64,000 nt of DNA from Gallionellaceae bacterium (GCA_019753125.1 JAIELH010000029.1:2428-66427); one strand, 5' to 3'; shown: positions 1-10,942, counted from the stretch's first letter. Made by a program: numbers and translations. The notes: generated by a model from the letters alone, not told the origin.

Positions 1-1
1 G

Positions 2-796
2 AAGCTGACCGATGCGGCTTCCGCACAGTATGCGGCGCGCACCCGGAAAAACCTGCGGCTGGCCAATCTGGCGACTGATAAGGCCGATTACCAGCGCATA
101 TTGTCGGCAACGATAGCCGAATCCGGCAGGAGCATCGCGGAACTGCCCTGGATTTGGGGGCGACCCTATGACGAAGTGCTCGGCAAGGTTCGCAAATGTG
201 CCGGGCTGGAACATATTGAAGCCGCCCAGGCGCGCGGCAAAGGCATCATCTTTCTGACGCCGCACCTGGGTTGTTTCGAGATTTCCGCGTTGTATGCCGC
301 GCAACGCGTGCCGATCACCGTGCTGTACCGCCCGCCCCGGTTGCGCTGGCTGGAAGGCGTGATGCGCAGCGGGCGCGGGCGCAGTCGGGTCAGCCTGGCC
401 AAGGCCGATGTCGGCGGTGTTCGGCTGTTGTTCAAGGCGCTCAAACGCGGTGAAGCGATCGGCCTGCTGCCCGATCAGGTGCCCAGCCAGGGCGAGGGCG
501 AGTGGGCGGATTTCTTCGGGCGCCCCGCTTACACGATGACACTGGTGGGACGCCTGGCACAAAGCAGTGGCGCGACGGTGTTGATCGCCTACTCGGAACG
601 CTTGCCGCATGGGCGAGGCTATGTGATACACGTCGAACCGCTGGCGCTGGATTTTTCCGCGCCGGTGCCGCGACAGATCAATGCCGCGCTGGAGCGCACG
701 ATTCGCGCCTGCCCGGCGCAATATCTGTGGAGTTATAACCGCTACAAAATTCCGCGCGGCGTAGCCGCACCCTCACCGCCTGCTGACCAGCCATGA
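2..796 (+). CDS. Lipid A biosynthesis acyltransferase (LpxL/LpxP family), 5'-truncated by window edge
   Basis: Frame open from position 2; motifs PHLGCFE, LLPDQ, FFG, QYLWSYNRYK. Confidence 0.9.
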   Translation, partial: KLTDAASAQYAARTRKNLRLANLATDKADYQRILSATIAESGRSIAELPWIWGRPYDEVLGKVRKCAGLEHIEAAQARGKGIIFLTPHLGCFEISALYAAQRVPITVLYRPPRLRWLEGVMRSGRGRSRVSLAKADVGGVRLLFKALKRGEAIGLLPDQVPSQGEGEWADFFGRPAYTMTLVGRLAQSSGATVLIAYSERLPHGRGYVIHVEPLALDFSAPVPRQINAALERTIRACPAQYLWSYNRYKIPRGVAAPSPPADQP

Positions 797-1665
797 TGAC
801 GCGGCTGGTTATATTCCTGATCTGGTTGCTGCACCCGCTGCCATTGCCGCTGCTGGCGAAGCTGGGCAATGCGTTTGGTTTGCTGCTGTATTGGCTGGCG
901 GGTGAACGGCGCTCGGTCGCCACCACCAATTTGCGCCTGTGCTTTCCCGATCTGCCGGAAGCGCAGCGCGCCGCACTGGCGAAAAAAAATTTCCAGGCCT
1001 TCGCGCGCAGCTTCATCGAGCGCGGCCTTCTGTGGTGGTCGCCGCCGCAACGCATCCAGAGCCATGTCCATGTGCAGGGACTGGAACACTACGCGGCTGC
1101 ACAAGCGCAAGGAGCGGTGATTCTGCTGGCGCCCCATTTCGTCGCGCTGGATGTTGGTTGGTCGTGGCTGACACAACAAGGTAATCTGGTCAGCGTATAT
1201 TCGAATCAGAAGAATCGTTATTTCAATGAGAAGTTGCTGGCAGGGCGGCTACGTTTCGGCGATTCGCGACTCTATTCACGGCAACAGGGGTTGCGCCCGA
1301 TCGTCAGGGCGATGCGCGCAGGCTTGCCGTTTTACTATTTGCCGGACCAGGATTTGACCGTCAAGGACGGGATTTTTGCGCCATTCTTCGGTGTGCAGGC
1401 GGCAACGCTGACTGCCGTGCCGCGACTGGCCGAAATGACCGGCGCCAAGATTGTGCCGCTGATCACGCGTATGCTGCCGGATGGCTCGGGCTATGAACTG
1501 CACTTCTATCCGGCATGGGAGAATTACCCGACTGGCGACTTGGCCGCCGACACACGGCACATGAATGACTTCATCGAGCAGCGTGTGCGCGAAATGCCGG
1601 AACAGTATTTCTGGTTGCACAAGCGCTTCAAGACACGCCCCGAGGGCGAAGAGAAATTTTATTAA
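793..1665 (+). CDS. Lipid A biosynthesis lauroyl acyltransferase (HtrB/LpxL family)
   Basis: PHFVALD, YLPDQD, PFFG, EQYFWLHKRFKTRP motifs. Confidence 0.9.
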   Translation: MMTRLVIFLIWLLHPLPLPLLAKLGNAFGLLLYWLAGERRSVATTNLRLCFPDLPEAQRAALAKKNFQAFARSFIERGLLWWSPPQRIQSHVHVQGLEHYAAAQAQGAVILLAPHFVALDVGWSWLTQQGNLVSVYSNQKNRYFNEKLLAGRLRFGDSRLYSRQQGLRPIVRAMRAGLPFYYLPDQDLTVKDGIFAPFFGVQAATLTAVPRLAEMTGAKIVPLITRMLPDGSGYELHFYPAWENYPTGDLAADTRHMNDFIEQRVREMPEQYFWLHKRFKTRPEGEEKFY

Positions 1666-1685
1666 ATCCAAATAATTCATGAGGT

Positions 1686-1707
1686 GTCGGGTTAAAACCC
1701 GACCTAC
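1686..1707 (-). repeat. Single GTAG-type REP element
   Basis: Minus strand reads GTAG-GTCGGGTT-TT-AACCCGAC: GTAG tetranucleotide followed by a palindrome. Confidence 0.6.
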
Positions 1708-1728
1708 AATCCTCTAAGGGGAGACAAT

Positions 1729-3192
1729 ATGAAATATCACGACCTGCGCGACTTCATCGCACAACTCGAAAAAACCGGCGAACTTAAACGGGTCGCCACA
1801 CCGGTTTCGCCGCATCTGGAGATGACCGAAATCTGCGACCGCGTGCTGCGCGCGCAAGGCCCGGCGGTGCTGTTCGAGAAACCGGCCGGGCACACGATGC
1901 CGGTGCTGGCCAATTTGTTCGGTACGCCGCGCCGTGTCGCATTGGGCATGGGCGAAGAATCCACCGCCGCGCTGCGCGAAATAGGCAAGCTGCTCGCCTA
2001 CCTGAAGGAGCCGGAGCCGCCGAAAGGCCTGAAGGATGCGTGGGATAAATGGCCGCTGCTGAAACAGGTGCTGACGATGTCGCCGAAGCTGGTGTCTTCC
2101 GCACCGTGCCAGGAGATCGTCTGGGAAGGCAAGGACGTGGACCTGGGCAAGCTGCCGATCCAGCATTGCTGGCCCGGCGACATCGCGCCGCTGATCACCT
2201 GGGGACTGGTGGTCACGCGCGGCCCGAACAAGCCGCGCCAGAACCTCGGCATCTATCGCCAGCAGGTCATCGCGCCCAACAAGGTCATCATGCGCTGGCT
2301 CGCGCATCGCGGCGGCGCGCTGGATTTCCGCGATCACTGCGAAAAGCATCCGGGGCAGCCGTTCCCGGTCGCGGTCGTGATCGGCGCCGACCCGGCCACG
2401 ATCCTCGGCGCGGTGACGCCGGTTCCCGACTCGCTATCCGAATACCAGTTCGCCGGGTTGTTGCGCGGCAGCAAGACCGAACTGGTGAAGTGCCTCGGCA
2501 GCGATCTGCAAGTGCCCGCCAGCGCCGAGATCGTGCTGGAAGGCGTGATCCACCCCGATGAAACCGCGCTGGAAGGCCCTTATGGCGACCATACCGGCTA
2601 CTACAACGAGCAGGACAAGTTCCCGGTGTTCACGATCCAGCGCATCACGATGCGGCGCAACGCGATCTACCATTCCACCTACACCGGCAAGCCGCCCGAC
2701 GAACCGGCGATGCTGGGCGTCGCGCTGAACGAAGTGTTCGTGCCACTGCTGCAAAAGCAGTTCCCCGAGATCGTCGATTTCTACTTGCCGCCGGAAGGAT
2801 GCAGCTACCGCATGGCGGTGGTCAGCATCAGGAAACAATACGCCGGGCACGCCAAGCGCGTGATGTTCGGCATCTGGTCTTACCTGCGCCAGTTCATGTA
2901 CACCAAGTTCATTGTCGTCGTGGACGATGACATCGACACCCGCAGTTGGCAGGAGGTGATCTGGGCAATCACCACCCGGATGGACCCGGTGCGTGACACA
3001 TTGTTAGTCGAAAACACGCCGATCGATTACCTCGACTTCGCCAGCCCGGTGTCCGGATTGGGTGGCAAGATGGGGCTGGACGCCACCAACAAATGGCCGG
3101 GTGAAACGCAGCGCGAATGGGGCACGCCGATCGTGATGGATGCGGCGGTAAAGGCGAAGGTGGATGCGATGTGGGGAGAGCTGGGGTTGTAA
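1729..3192 (+). CDS. ubiD: 4-hydroxy-3-polyprenylbenzoate decarboxylase
   Basis: [10 protein letters not shown] start, [35 protein letters not shown]. Confidence 0.97.
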   Translation: MKYHDLRDFIAQLEKTGELKRVATPVSPHLEMTEICDRVLRAQGPAVLFEKPAGHTMPVLANLFGTPRRVALGMGEESTAALREIGKLLAYLKEPEPPKGLKDAWDKWPLLKQVLTMSPKLVSSAPCQEIVWEGKDVDLGKLPIQHCWPGDIAPLITWGLVVTRGPNKPRQNLGIYRQQVIAPNKVIMRWLAHRGGALDFRDHCEKHPGQPFPVAVVIGADPATILGAVTPVPDSLSEYQFAGLLRGSKTELVKCLGSDLQVPASAEIVLEGVIHPDETALEGPYGDHTGYYNEQDKFPVFTIQRITMRRNAIYHSTYTGKPPDEPAMLGVALNEVFVPLLQKQFPEIVDFYLPPEGCSYRMAVVSIRKQYAGHAKRVMFGIWSYLRQFMYTKFIVVVDDDIDTRSWQEVIWAITTRMDPVRDTLLVENTPIDYLDFASPVSGLGGKMGLDATNKWPGETQREWGTPIVMDAAVKAKVDAMWGELGL

Positions 3193-3347
3193 ATTGCCAA
3201 GCGCAAAATAGTGCTGAGCTTGCGATTAAAGTGTAGGTTTCCAAGTTTAACCCCGCGTCGGCAGTCGGTTTTGCAAACTCATTGCCCGGAATAAGCCATA
3301 CGCAAAATTCGTGAAACCGAATATCACTAGCTACATTTATTCCAGCA

Positions 3348-3641
3348 CTACGCTGGCTGTGCGTGCAACCTGATACCTAGCGCCGTGGTGACTTTTAGAA
3401 TAGTTGCAAAACTTGGATTGCCTTCGCCAGATAAAGCCTTGTATAAACTTTCGCGACCCAAGCCGGTTTCCTTGGCTAGTTGCGTCATGCCCTTGGCACG
3501 GGCAATGGTGCCGAGTGCTTTAGCAATAAAGGCAGCATCATCTCCAGCTTCTTCGAGACATGCTTCCAGATAGAGCACCATATCCTCATCGGTTTTGAGG
3601 TGCTCGGCACTATCCCATTTGCGTAGTTTGATCTTTCCCAT
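3348..3641 (-). CDS. Addiction module antidote protein (HI1420-like HTH antitoxin)
   Basis: KALGTIARAKGMTQLAKETGLGRESLYKALSGEGNPSF. Confidence 0.9.
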   Translation of the reverse strand: MGKIKLRKWDSAEHLKTDEDMVLYLEACLEEAGDDAAFIAKALGTIARAKGMTQLAKETGLGRESLYKALSGEGNPSFATILKVTTALGIRLHAQPA

Positions 3642-3650
3642 TTCAACCTC

Positions 3651-4020
3651 CTAAATTTTTCGCGCTAGTTCAAGCGCTGTTTTAATATCCTTTGATTGAG
3701 TAGATTTGTTGCCCCCAGCCAGCAATATCACTATCTCAATTCCACGCTGCACGAAATACACACCAGCCCTCTATCCAGCTTTCCCCGGTAGGGGAAAGAG
3801 CAATCGCCTCCTCTCCCTCTGGAAGAGGATTGAGGTGAGGGTTTCTGCCCGGCCCATAATGAATTCGCATTTCCGACACGCCTTCGCCAACCGGTTCGCA
3901 ATCGCCAAAGTTGCCATCCTCGGCGCGGTCGATTCTTACCTGCACACGCAGAACTGCCTGCCTATCCTTCAGTCCGGCGAATCAATCGTCAAACATTTCT
4001 GTTGTTTGAATGGAGTTCAT
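3651..4020 (-). pseudogene. Addiction module killer (RelE-like, HI1419 type) toxin pseudogene
   Basis: MNSIQTTEMFDD*FAGLKD..GNFGDCEPVGEGVSEMRIHYGPG / VYFVQRGIEIVILLAGGNKSTQSKDI; TGA at codon 13 (3982-3984) plus a frameshifting insertion at 3762-3846. Confidence 0.88.
3762..3846. repeat. Palindromic CCCTCTCCC/GGGAGAGGG-type repeat doublet inserted in the toxin gene
   Basis: ccctctatccagctttccccggtaggggaaagag followed by inverted ctcctctccctctggaagaggattgaggtgaggg; interrupts the GPG(YR)VYF motif. Confidence 0.7.
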
Positions 4021-4269
4021 GCGGCCGGGTGTATTATATAGGATACACATGGTCAATTGCTTTCGGCGGAGGATTTTATTTGGCCTTCGGCTCTTCAGGC
4101 CAAAGCTTACCGTGATTGCTAATTGATGGTTTCATTTCTGACAGCGCACTTTCCAATTGTTGATTGTGGCGTCGCTTAATCTGAGCGCGATAGAGAGGCG
4201 CAATAAATATGGTTGACTGGGAACAAAAAATGCCATGCTGTCCGCAAAAATACCCAGAGGACAACAGCT

Positions 4270-6321
4270 ATGAACCCCGTTCTAACCTTGGTCAGTGATC
4301 AGGATGCCGCACTCGTATATCTCGCCGAGGCTCGCAAACACCACACTCAAGCCGCCATTGCCAAGCATTTGGGTGTACAAACTCGCACCATCAGGCGGTG
4401 GGAGGCAAGAGAAACGCGCCCCACCGCCTATGCAGCACACGCCTTGCAGCTATTACTGCCCCTTCCCGAACCAGTAAGCGCAGAAGGCAGTTTCAACTTT
4501 ATTGATCTGTTCGCAGGTATTGGCGGCATCCGCAAGGCGTTCGAAGGCATAGGTGGACGTTGCGTATTCACTAGTGAGTGGGACAGCTACGCACAGAAAA
4601 CCTACGCCGAAAATTTCCGCGACGGCCACAGCATCGCAGGAGACATCACACAGGTTGATGCGGAAAGCATACCCGACCATGACGTGCTGCTGGCTGGTTT
4701 TCCCTGCCAGCCTTTTTCGATTGCCGGTGTCTCCAAGAAAAATGCACTGGGCAAAAAGCACGGCTTTGCCTGCGAAGCGCAAGGAACGCTGTTCTTCGAC
4801 GTGGCGCGCATCATCAATGCCAAACGTCCGCGCGCTTTCCTGCTGGAGAACGTCAAGAATCTTGTATCACATGACAAGGGACGAACCTTTGATATCATTC
4901 GCCGCACCCTGACAGAAGAGCTTGGATACCACATTCACTATCGCGTGATTGATGGTGCGCATTTCACGCCGCAGCATCGCGAGCGCATCATCATCGTTGG
5001 ATTCCTTGAACAGGTTGCATTTGACTTTGATGCCCTGCCATTGCGCAAAAAAGGTGAGACCAAACTTGAAAGCATCTTGCATCGCACCGATGGCACAGAG
5101 CCTGTTCTGGAATGGGATGAAGGCAGGTTCTTCGACCACAAGAAAAAGAAAGTGCAGGATAAATACACCCTCACCGACCACCTGTGGAATTATTTACAGC
5201 GCTATGCCGAAAAACATCGCGCCAAAGGCAACGGCTTCGGCTTCGGACTAGTCACGCCGGACAACATCGCGCGCACTCTCTCGGCGCGCTACTACAAGGA
5301 CGGCTCGGAAATCCTCGTCTATCAGGGCAAGCGCAAAAATCCGCGCAGACTAACGCCGAGAGAATGCGCGCGGCTGATGGGCTTTCCCGACACGTTCAAG
5401 ATTCCTGTGTCGGATACACGCGCATATCAACAGTTTTCGCAAGCGGCTGTTGTGCCTATGATTGAAAACTTGGCTAAACTGATGGTGTCGCAACTCAACT
5501 TAGAGGAGAAGGCACCGGAAGCTATCGAAGTGCCGCAATACATCATGACCACAAACCGCTGGACAAAAGAACAACTCAAACTCGCATTCCATCTTTATTG
5601 CCAGTTACCGTTTGGGAAATTGCACAGCCGAAATCCGGAAATTATCCGGCTTGCAAAGTTGATAGGCCGCACACCCGGTGCAGTTGCGATGAAGCTCGTA
5701 AACTTTGCCAGCCTTGACCCTGCCATCACCAGCACAGGCCGCACAGGATTGGGTAACGCTGGATCACTCGATAAAGAAGTATGGGCTGAGTTTCATGCTG
5801 ACTGGGAAAAGCTTGCTGTCGAGTGTGAATTGCTGAGACGAAATCTTGATGCTAGTGCCTCGATAACTGATGAAGCCGATGAACAACTTGTCCCAGAAGA
5901 TTTCACTGGCGAGACAAGAAAGGTAGTTGCCGAGCAACGCATCAAACAAAATTTCTTCCGTCGCGCCGTGTTGAGCAGTTATCGCGGGCGTTGCTGTATG
6001 TCTGGATTGTCTGAGCCGCGCTTGTTGATTGCCAGCCATATTGTGCCGTGGAGCAAAGACAAGGCAAATCGCTTAAATCCGAGCAATGGTTTATGTCTTT
6101 CAGCGATTCATGATAGGGCTTTTGACAAGGGGCTAATAACGCTTACCGACGATTTCAAAATCGTCGTCTCGAAGGAATTAAAACGCAAGAAAGAGCCTTT
6201 CGTAATCGAAGTTCTGCTGCCTCTGGATGGACGAACAATCGAGCCTCCAGAGCGTTTTGCACCGCAGCCGGAGTTTGTTGCATGGCATAGAAACGAGCTA
6301 TTTGTTGATAACAGGAAATAA
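4270..6321 (+). CDS. HTH - DNA (cytosine-5) methyltransferase (Dcm-like) - HNH endonuclease fusion
   Basis: N-terminal HTH ([20 protein letters not shown]); MTase motifs [52 protein letters not shown]; no stop before HNH region ([26 protein letters not shown]). ATG 4270 follows AGAGG. Confidence 0.85.
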   Translation: MNPVLTLVSDQDAALVYLAEARKHHTQAAIAKHLGVQTRTIRRWEARETRPTAYAAHALQLLLPLPEPVSAEGSFNFIDLFAGIGGIRKAFEGIGGRCVFTSEWDSYAQKTYAENFRDGHSIAGDITQVDAESIPDHDVLLAGFPCQPFSIAGVSKKNALGKKHGFACEAQGTLFFDVARIINAKRPRAFLLENVKNLVSHDKGRTFDIIRRTLTEELGYHIHYRVIDGAHFTPQHRERIIIVGFLEQVAFDFDALPLRKKGETKLESILHRTDGTEPVLEWDEGRFFDHKKKKVQDKYTLTDHLWNYLQRYAEKHRAKGNGFGFGLVTPDNIARTLSARYYKDGSEILVYQGKRKNPRRLTPRECARLMGFPDTFKIPVSDTRAYQQFSQAAVVPMIENLAKLMVSQLNLEEKAPEAIEVPQYIMTTNRWTKEQLKLAFHLYCQLPFGKLHSRNPEIIRLAKLIGRTPGAVAMKLVNFASLDPAITSTGRTGLGNAGSLDKEVWAEFHADWEKLAVECELLRRNLDASASITDEADEQLVPEDFTGETRKVVAEQRIKQNFFRRAVLSSYRGRCCMSGLSEPRLLIASHIVPWSKDKANRLNPSNGLCLSAIHDRAFDKGLITLTDDFKIVVSKELKRKKEPFVIEVLLPLDGRTIEPPERFAPQPEFVAWHRNELFVDNRK

Positions 6322-6327
6322 GACATT

Positions 6328-6510
6328 ATGCAGCTTGCCGAAAGACAAGATGATTATCCGATTTACTACATCATGTCCGACCAACCGGATTGTTGCGGAA
6401 AGTGCGGGAGCCGCGTCGATTTGCTAGAAATCAAAATGATTGACGGTGAACGCGTGTTTGTTACCGAATGTCTTGGGTGTCACCGCGAAACCCTCATCGT
6501 TGAAGAATAA
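6328..6510 (+). CDS. Small zinc-ribbon-like hypothetical protein
   Basis: 60 aa ORF starting 6 nt after the upstream stop; CGKC and CLGC pairs. Confidence 0.55.
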   Translation: MQLAERQDDYPIYYIMSDQPDCCGKCGSRVDLLEIKMIDGERVFVTECLGCHRETLIVEE

Positions 6511-6516
6511 GTGGAT

Positions 6517-6548
6517 GGCGGGTTACGACGCAAGCGGCTAACCCACGC
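6517..6548. repeat. Truncated REP-like palindrome at the deletion junction
   Basis: ggcgggttacgacgcaagcggctaacccacgc; GGGTTA..TAACCC stem lacking the terminal CTAC, fused directly to coding remnant. Confidence 0.5.
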
Positions 6549-7174
6549 ATCATCCCGAATGGCCGCTCCGAACCGGACTTCATGGGCTGGGAAATGAAGG
6601 CATACAGCGGGAGCCGGATTACCCTGATGACGCCCGAGCCTGACGGCGGCATGTATGGTGACGAGGGTGTGAAAGCATTCGTCAGGAAATTCGGCGCACC
6701 TAGCGGAAACGATACGCTGTATTTCACTGGCACCCATCGCGCCAACAACCGGAACGCCAAGACAGGTTTGACGTTGACGGTGCGCGGCTTTAATCCGGCG
6801 CGCAAAGTGATCGAGGATGTGGGCGGAGCTGTGGAGTTGTTGACGGACGCGGGGCGTTGCGCGGCGGCTTGGTCATTCGGCGACTTGATGATTGGCTGGA
6901 ACAAGAAACATGCTCAAGCGGCATATGTGCCTTATGAGAGCGAGAAAGTGGGCGAGCCAGCCTATCGTTTCTCAGCCCTGCATTGCTGGGTGAGGGAACG
7001 GATTTCAACCGTTATCTGGTCGCGATGTGCGAGGGCTTGGTAATTTTCGATCCGGGCTCAAAGGTAATGAATGCCAGCAGTTCAAAATCTTCTGTCAAAG
7101 CGCGCAGCCAATTCCGCATGTCGGTACAACATCTGGCTCAGCTATACCAGAAATTCGAACCTGAGAAATTCTGA
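6549..7174 (+). pseudogene. MvaI/BcnI-family restriction endonuclease remnant (5'-deleted, frameshifted)
   Basis: IIPNGRSEPDFMGWEMKA (PD..ExK), ITLMTPEPDGG, WNKKHAQAAYVP; frameshift near 6970, continues LGEGTDF..FDPGSK..KARSQFR. Confidence 0.75.
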
Positions 7175-7465
7175 CTTCTCTTAGCCTAAACTATAGCTGC
7201 TCGGCCTACGAAGCATCCAACAAGCAGACACTCGCTTCCAAGTGCATTTGTTGTAAGGAAAAATCCGCTCTGGCCGATTATGTAGGCCGCTCGATTATGT
7301 GGACTTGATCCTGTGGATACGCGCCAACCGCTGATGAGCAGAGGTCGACGCGTATTTTTCTCCCCACATAATCATAACGCCTTTAGGAAGTTGATCAGCG
7401 AGTCAGGCGCACGGTAGCATTGAATCTTGACGTCGGGTAGGATTTTTGTGCTGTCTGCAGATGCA

Positions 7466-7482
7466 GATTTTTAGAAGTGCCC
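7466..7482. mobile_element. Orphan terminal IR of the GGGNACNTCTA MITE/IS family
   Basis: gatttttagaagtgccc is the exact reverse complement of the left end at 37334 (gggcacttctaaaaatc). Confidence 0.6.
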
Positions 7483-7483
7483 T

Positions 7484-8290
7484 TTATTTATCCACACAGA
7501 TGCTGCAACATGCGCCGGCAGCCGCTTCCGCCGATGTATCTGCCGTTCCATTGCACGCGCCGCAGGACGGATCCTTGCTCAGCGAGCTGCGCATGATGTT
7601 CATGCCCAGCGCATTCAGCGTGAGCAGCTTGCCGCTCAATCCGCGCTCGATGCCCATCAACAGTTTAAGCGCCTCGGCTGCCTGCAGCGCACCGATGATG
7701 CCGACCAGCGGTGCGAATACGCCGGTGGTCGCGCAACGCAGCTCGGCGGCAAGGCTATCCTCGGGGAACAGACAGTTATAGCAGGGTGCGTCATCGCGGC
7801 GAAAATCAAACACTGAAACCTGCCCGTCGAACTGGATCGCCGCCCCCGACACCAGCGGTTTGCGCGCGGCCTGACAGGCGCGATTGACCGCATAGCGCGT
7901 CGTGAAATTATCGCTGCAATCCAGCACCACATCGGTCTCCGCGATCAGGTCGCGCAACTGGGCCGCGTCGGCGCGGATCGGCAATGCGATGCACTCGACC
8001 TCCGGATTGATGTCGTTCAGCATGGTCTGTGCGGACACAACCTTCGGCTGCCCGACTGAAGAGGTGCGGTGAATGATCTGGCGTTGCAGGTTGCTGAAGT
8101 CCACCGTGTCGTGGTCGCACAGCGTCAATTGCCCCACCCCGCTGGCGGCCAGATACAACGCGGCAGGCGAGCCCAAGCCGCCCAGACCGATAATGAGCAC
8201 CCTGGCGTCGAGCAGGCATTGCTGCCCTTCGATACCGATCTCCGGCAGCAGAATGTGTCGGCTATAGCGCAGCAATTGTTGATCGTTCAT
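7484..8290 (-). CDS. HesA/MoeB/ThiF family adenylyltransferase
   Basis: RYSRHILL, GLGGLG, SNLQRQ, DCSDNF, PCYNC, C-terminal CxxC. Confidence 0.92.
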   Translation of the reverse strand: MNDQQLLRYSRHILLPEIGIEGQQCLLDARVLIIGLGGLGSPAALYLAASGVGQLTLCDHDTVDFSNLQRQIIHRTSSVGQPKVVSAQTMLNDINPEVECIALPIRADAAQLRDLIAETDVVLDCSDNFTTRYAVNRACQAARKPLVSGAAIQFDGQVSVFDFRRDDAPCYNCLFPEDSLAAELRCATTGVFAPLVGIIGALQAAEALKLLMGIERGLSGKLLTLNALGMNIMRSSLSKDPSCGACNGTADTSAEAAAGACCSICVDK

Positions 8291-8436
8291 GCCGGTACCC
8301 GAGTTTCAAAAGAACACCGATTATTGAACATCGGTAAATCGAAGACAATGCTTTTGTTTTGCAGGCGCATCGCACCGGCCTTTGATTTACAATCCGGGAT
8401 TTACAATCCCACCCATTCATCCAGCCGGAAAATACC

Positions 8437-9471
8437 ATGCAGCAACTCACGATCACCCGCCCCGACGACTGGCACCTGCATCTGCGCGACGGCGCGCTGA
8501 TGCAATCGGTGCTGCCGGACAGCGCGCGGCAATTTGCCCGCGCGATCGTCATGCCCAACCTGCGTCCGCCGGTGACCACCACCGCACAGGCGCTGGAATA
8601 CCGTGCGCGCATCCTTGCCGCCTTGCCGGCAGGCGCCGATTTCCAGCCGCTGATGACGCTGTATCTGACCGACAACACCGGTGCGGAAGAAATTCGCAAC
8701 GCCAAGGCGAGCGGTGTAGTCCATGCGGTGAAGCTGTATCCGGCGGGTGCGACCACTAACTCCGATGCCGGCGTGACCGATCTCCGCAAGACCTATCCGG
8801 CGCTGGAAGCAATGCAGCGTTGCGGGATGCCGTTGCTGGTGCATGGCGAAGTGACCGATGCGGCGGTGGACGTGTTCGACCGCGAGGCGGTGTTCATCGA
8901 ACGCGTGCTGCAACCGCTGTTGCGCGACCTGCCGCAACTGCGCGTGGTGTTCGAGCACATCACCACCCGCGATGCGGCGCAGTTCGTCATGGCGGCGCCG
9001 GACAACCTCGCCGCGACGATCACCGCACACCACCTGCTGTACAACCGCAACGCGATGCTGGTCGGCGGCATCAAACCGCATTACTATTGCCTGCCGGTGC
9101 TGAAGCGCGAGACCCACCGCGAAGCCTTGATCTCTGCCGCCACCAGCGGCAACCGCAAATTTTTTCTCGGCACCGACAGCGCGCCGCATGCGCAGCACAC
9201 CAAGGAAAATGCCTGCGGCTGCGCCGGCATCTATACCGCACATGCCGCGATCGAGTTGTATGCCGAGGCCTTCGAGCAGGCCGGCGCGCTAGATAACCTG
9301 GAAGGATTTGCCAGTTTTTATGGTGCCGATTTCTACCGCCTGCCGCGCAACACCGGAACCCTCACGTTGCGCAAGGAAAGCTGGCAGGCGCCTGCCTCAG
9401 TGGGGTTCGGCGAGCATCGCCTGGTTCCGTTGCGTGCCGGAGAAACGCTTGCGTGGAAGACCGGAGCCTGA
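8437..9471 (+). CDS. pyrC: Dihydroorotase
   Basis: [31 protein letters not shown]. Confidence 0.97.
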   Translation: MQQLTITRPDDWHLHLRDGALMQSVLPDSARQFARAIVMPNLRPPVTTTAQALEYRARILAALPAGADFQPLMTLYLTDNTGAEEIRNAKASGVVHAVKLYPAGATTNSDAGVTDLRKTYPALEAMQRCGMPLLVHGEVTDAAVDVFDREAVFIERVLQPLLRDLPQLRVVFEHITTRDAAQFVMAAPDNLAATITAHHLLYNRNAMLVGGIKPHYYCLPVLKRETHREALISAATSGNRKFFLGTDSAPHAQHTKENACGCAGIYTAHAAIELYAEAFEQAGALDNLEGFASFYGADFYRLPRNTGTLTLRKESWQAPASVGFGEHRLVPLRAGETLAWKTGA

Positions 9472-9472
9472 C

Positions 9473-9790
9473 ATGGATGCCAACGAAGACCGCAGCGAAA
9501 TATTCCGCGCCAAGGTAAACCTGGAAACCTCGCAGATCGCGTGGAAAGAGTTGCAGCGTTTCTTTGCCAGCGGCGCGGCATTGTTCGTTGCGCCCGAACT
9601 CGATCTGGTCGAGGTCGCGTTTCAGATGTCCGAGGACAATGTGACGCAAATCCAGCAATGGGCGGCATCGGGCAAGCTCGGCAAGGTTTCCGACGAACAG
9701 GCGCGCGCCTGGATCGAGACGGGCGCAATGGTCTGGGCGGTGGTCGTCAGCCCTTATGTGCTGGTGCAACCGCCGGGCAGTCTGCACTAG
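9473..9790 (+). CDS. DUF2288-family protein
   Basis: ETSQIAWKELQRFFASG, LDLVEVA, WAVVVSPYVLVQ; ATG 1 nt after pyrC stop. Confidence 0.8.
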   Translation: MDANEDRSEIFRAKVNLETSQIAWKELQRFFASGAALFVAPELDLVEVAFQMSEDNVTQIQQWAASGKLGKVSDEQARAWIETGAMVWAVVVSPYVLVQPPGSLH

Positions 9791-9799
9791 CACACTGAT

Positions 9800-9950
9800 T
9801 CGGCGTCATGCCCAGTTCAACATGCTCTACCGTCCACGGTTCGTTTATCCCCAGCAAGTGCCGGTACAGTTCCTTGCTTTCCATCGCTCGTCTCCTAATC
9901 AAGTTGGAGACGATAGATCAACTTTTACCCACGAAAATGTCCGATGAACC
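9800..9950 (-). mobile_element. ISL3-family IS remnant (left IR and transposase N-terminus)
   Basis: Minus strand begins GGTTCATCGGACATTTTCGTGGGTAA; AGGAG RBS and ATG at 9884 give MESKELYRHLLGINEPWTVEHVEL, typical ISL3 N-terminus, then lost. Confidence 0.7.
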
Positions 9951-10096
9951 TAAAAAGAAGGCGATCCCAAGATGCTACCGTGGGTACAATAATCGCCTGT
10001 TTCACATTGAACTTGAGAAAAATATTTCAAGAGACCGGGAATGTGTCTGGTGAATTTTGTGAATCGGGACGAGCTATAAATATAAGGGATGAAAAC

Positions 10097-10942
10097 GTGT
10101 CAGAAGCTAGCCGATCAGATATACGCATTAGTGTGATAACGGTGGTTCGCAATGGCGTTGAATTTATAGAGCAAACGATTTGCAGCGTACTTGAACAAAC
10201 CTATTCAAACCTGGAATACATCGTCATAGACGGGTTTTCCTCGGATGGGACTGTGGATGTCATAAAATCTCATGAGTCCAGGATCGCACACTGGGTAAGT
10301 GAAAAGGATAATGGTATTGCGGACGCCTTCAACAAGGGATTGGCGCTGGCTACAGGGGATTACATCCTGTTTCTAAATGCGGATGACGCTCTGGCAACTC
10401 CGCATGTTCTGGAAAAAATTGCCACGGAAATTGCCGGCCAAAATTATCCTGTGCTGCTCTATGGCGACTACGACATTATAGAAAGAGATTCTGGTGATTT
10501 AATTTGTCATGGCAGGGTTGTATTCTCCCCAAAAAGATTAACGCATGGACAGGTTCTTCCGCATCCATGCCTTTTTACCGGCCGGAGTTATTTCGAAAAA
10601 TATGGCAAGTTCGATACCAGCTTCAGGATCGCGATGGATTATGAATGGTTGCTACGCGGCATACTCAAGGAGCGTGTTGCTCATGTGCCCATATTGACCA
10701 CCAACATTCGTAATGGTGGGGTCAGTACGCTTGATCAGTCCAGAACTGTGGAAGAGATAATATTGGCCTTAAAAAAGAACGGGTACTTTTCCAGAGGTTT
10801 CTCTGAATATAAAACGCGAGGATATTTTTTTGCTCGTATGCTGTCGAGGAAAATGCTGGACAAGACCGGGCTTTATGATGCATTTTGGTCGGCAAGAAAC
10901 AAGCTTGGCAGTTTTCTGAATAAGCGCCATAGACATGGCTAG
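10097..10942 (+). CDS. Glycosyltransferase family 2
   Basis: ISVITVVRN, IVIDGFSSDGT, GIADAFNKG, FLNADD; start uncertain (GTG 10097 after AAGGGA; ORF open from 9944). Confidence 0.88.
   Translation: MSEASRSDIRISVITVVRNGVEFIEQTICSVLEQTYSNLEYIVIDGFSSDGTVDVIKSHESRIAHWVSEKDNGIADAFNKGLALATGDYILFLNADDALATPHVLEKIATEIAGQNYPVLLYGDYDIIERDSGDLICHGRVVFSPKRLTHGQVLPHPCLFTGRSYFEKYGKFDTSFRIAMDYEWLLRGILKERVAHVPILTTNIRNGGVSTLDQSRTVEEIILALKKNGYFSRGFSEYKTRGYFFARMLSRKMLDKTGLYDAFWSARNKLGSFLNKRHRHG

Noticed and set aside
4076-4264. 62 aa minus-strand ORF upstream of the methyltransferase
   Set aside because: No recognisable motif or RBS; may be a gene remnant but cannot be supported.
7175-7465. Intergenic tract after the endonuclease remnant
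   Set aside because: Looks like decayed accessory DNA; no frame or structure could be assigned.
9944-10096. Long N-terminus of the first glycosyltransferase
   Set aside because: The ATG lies inside the ISL3 terminal repeat and the GT2 domain begins later.
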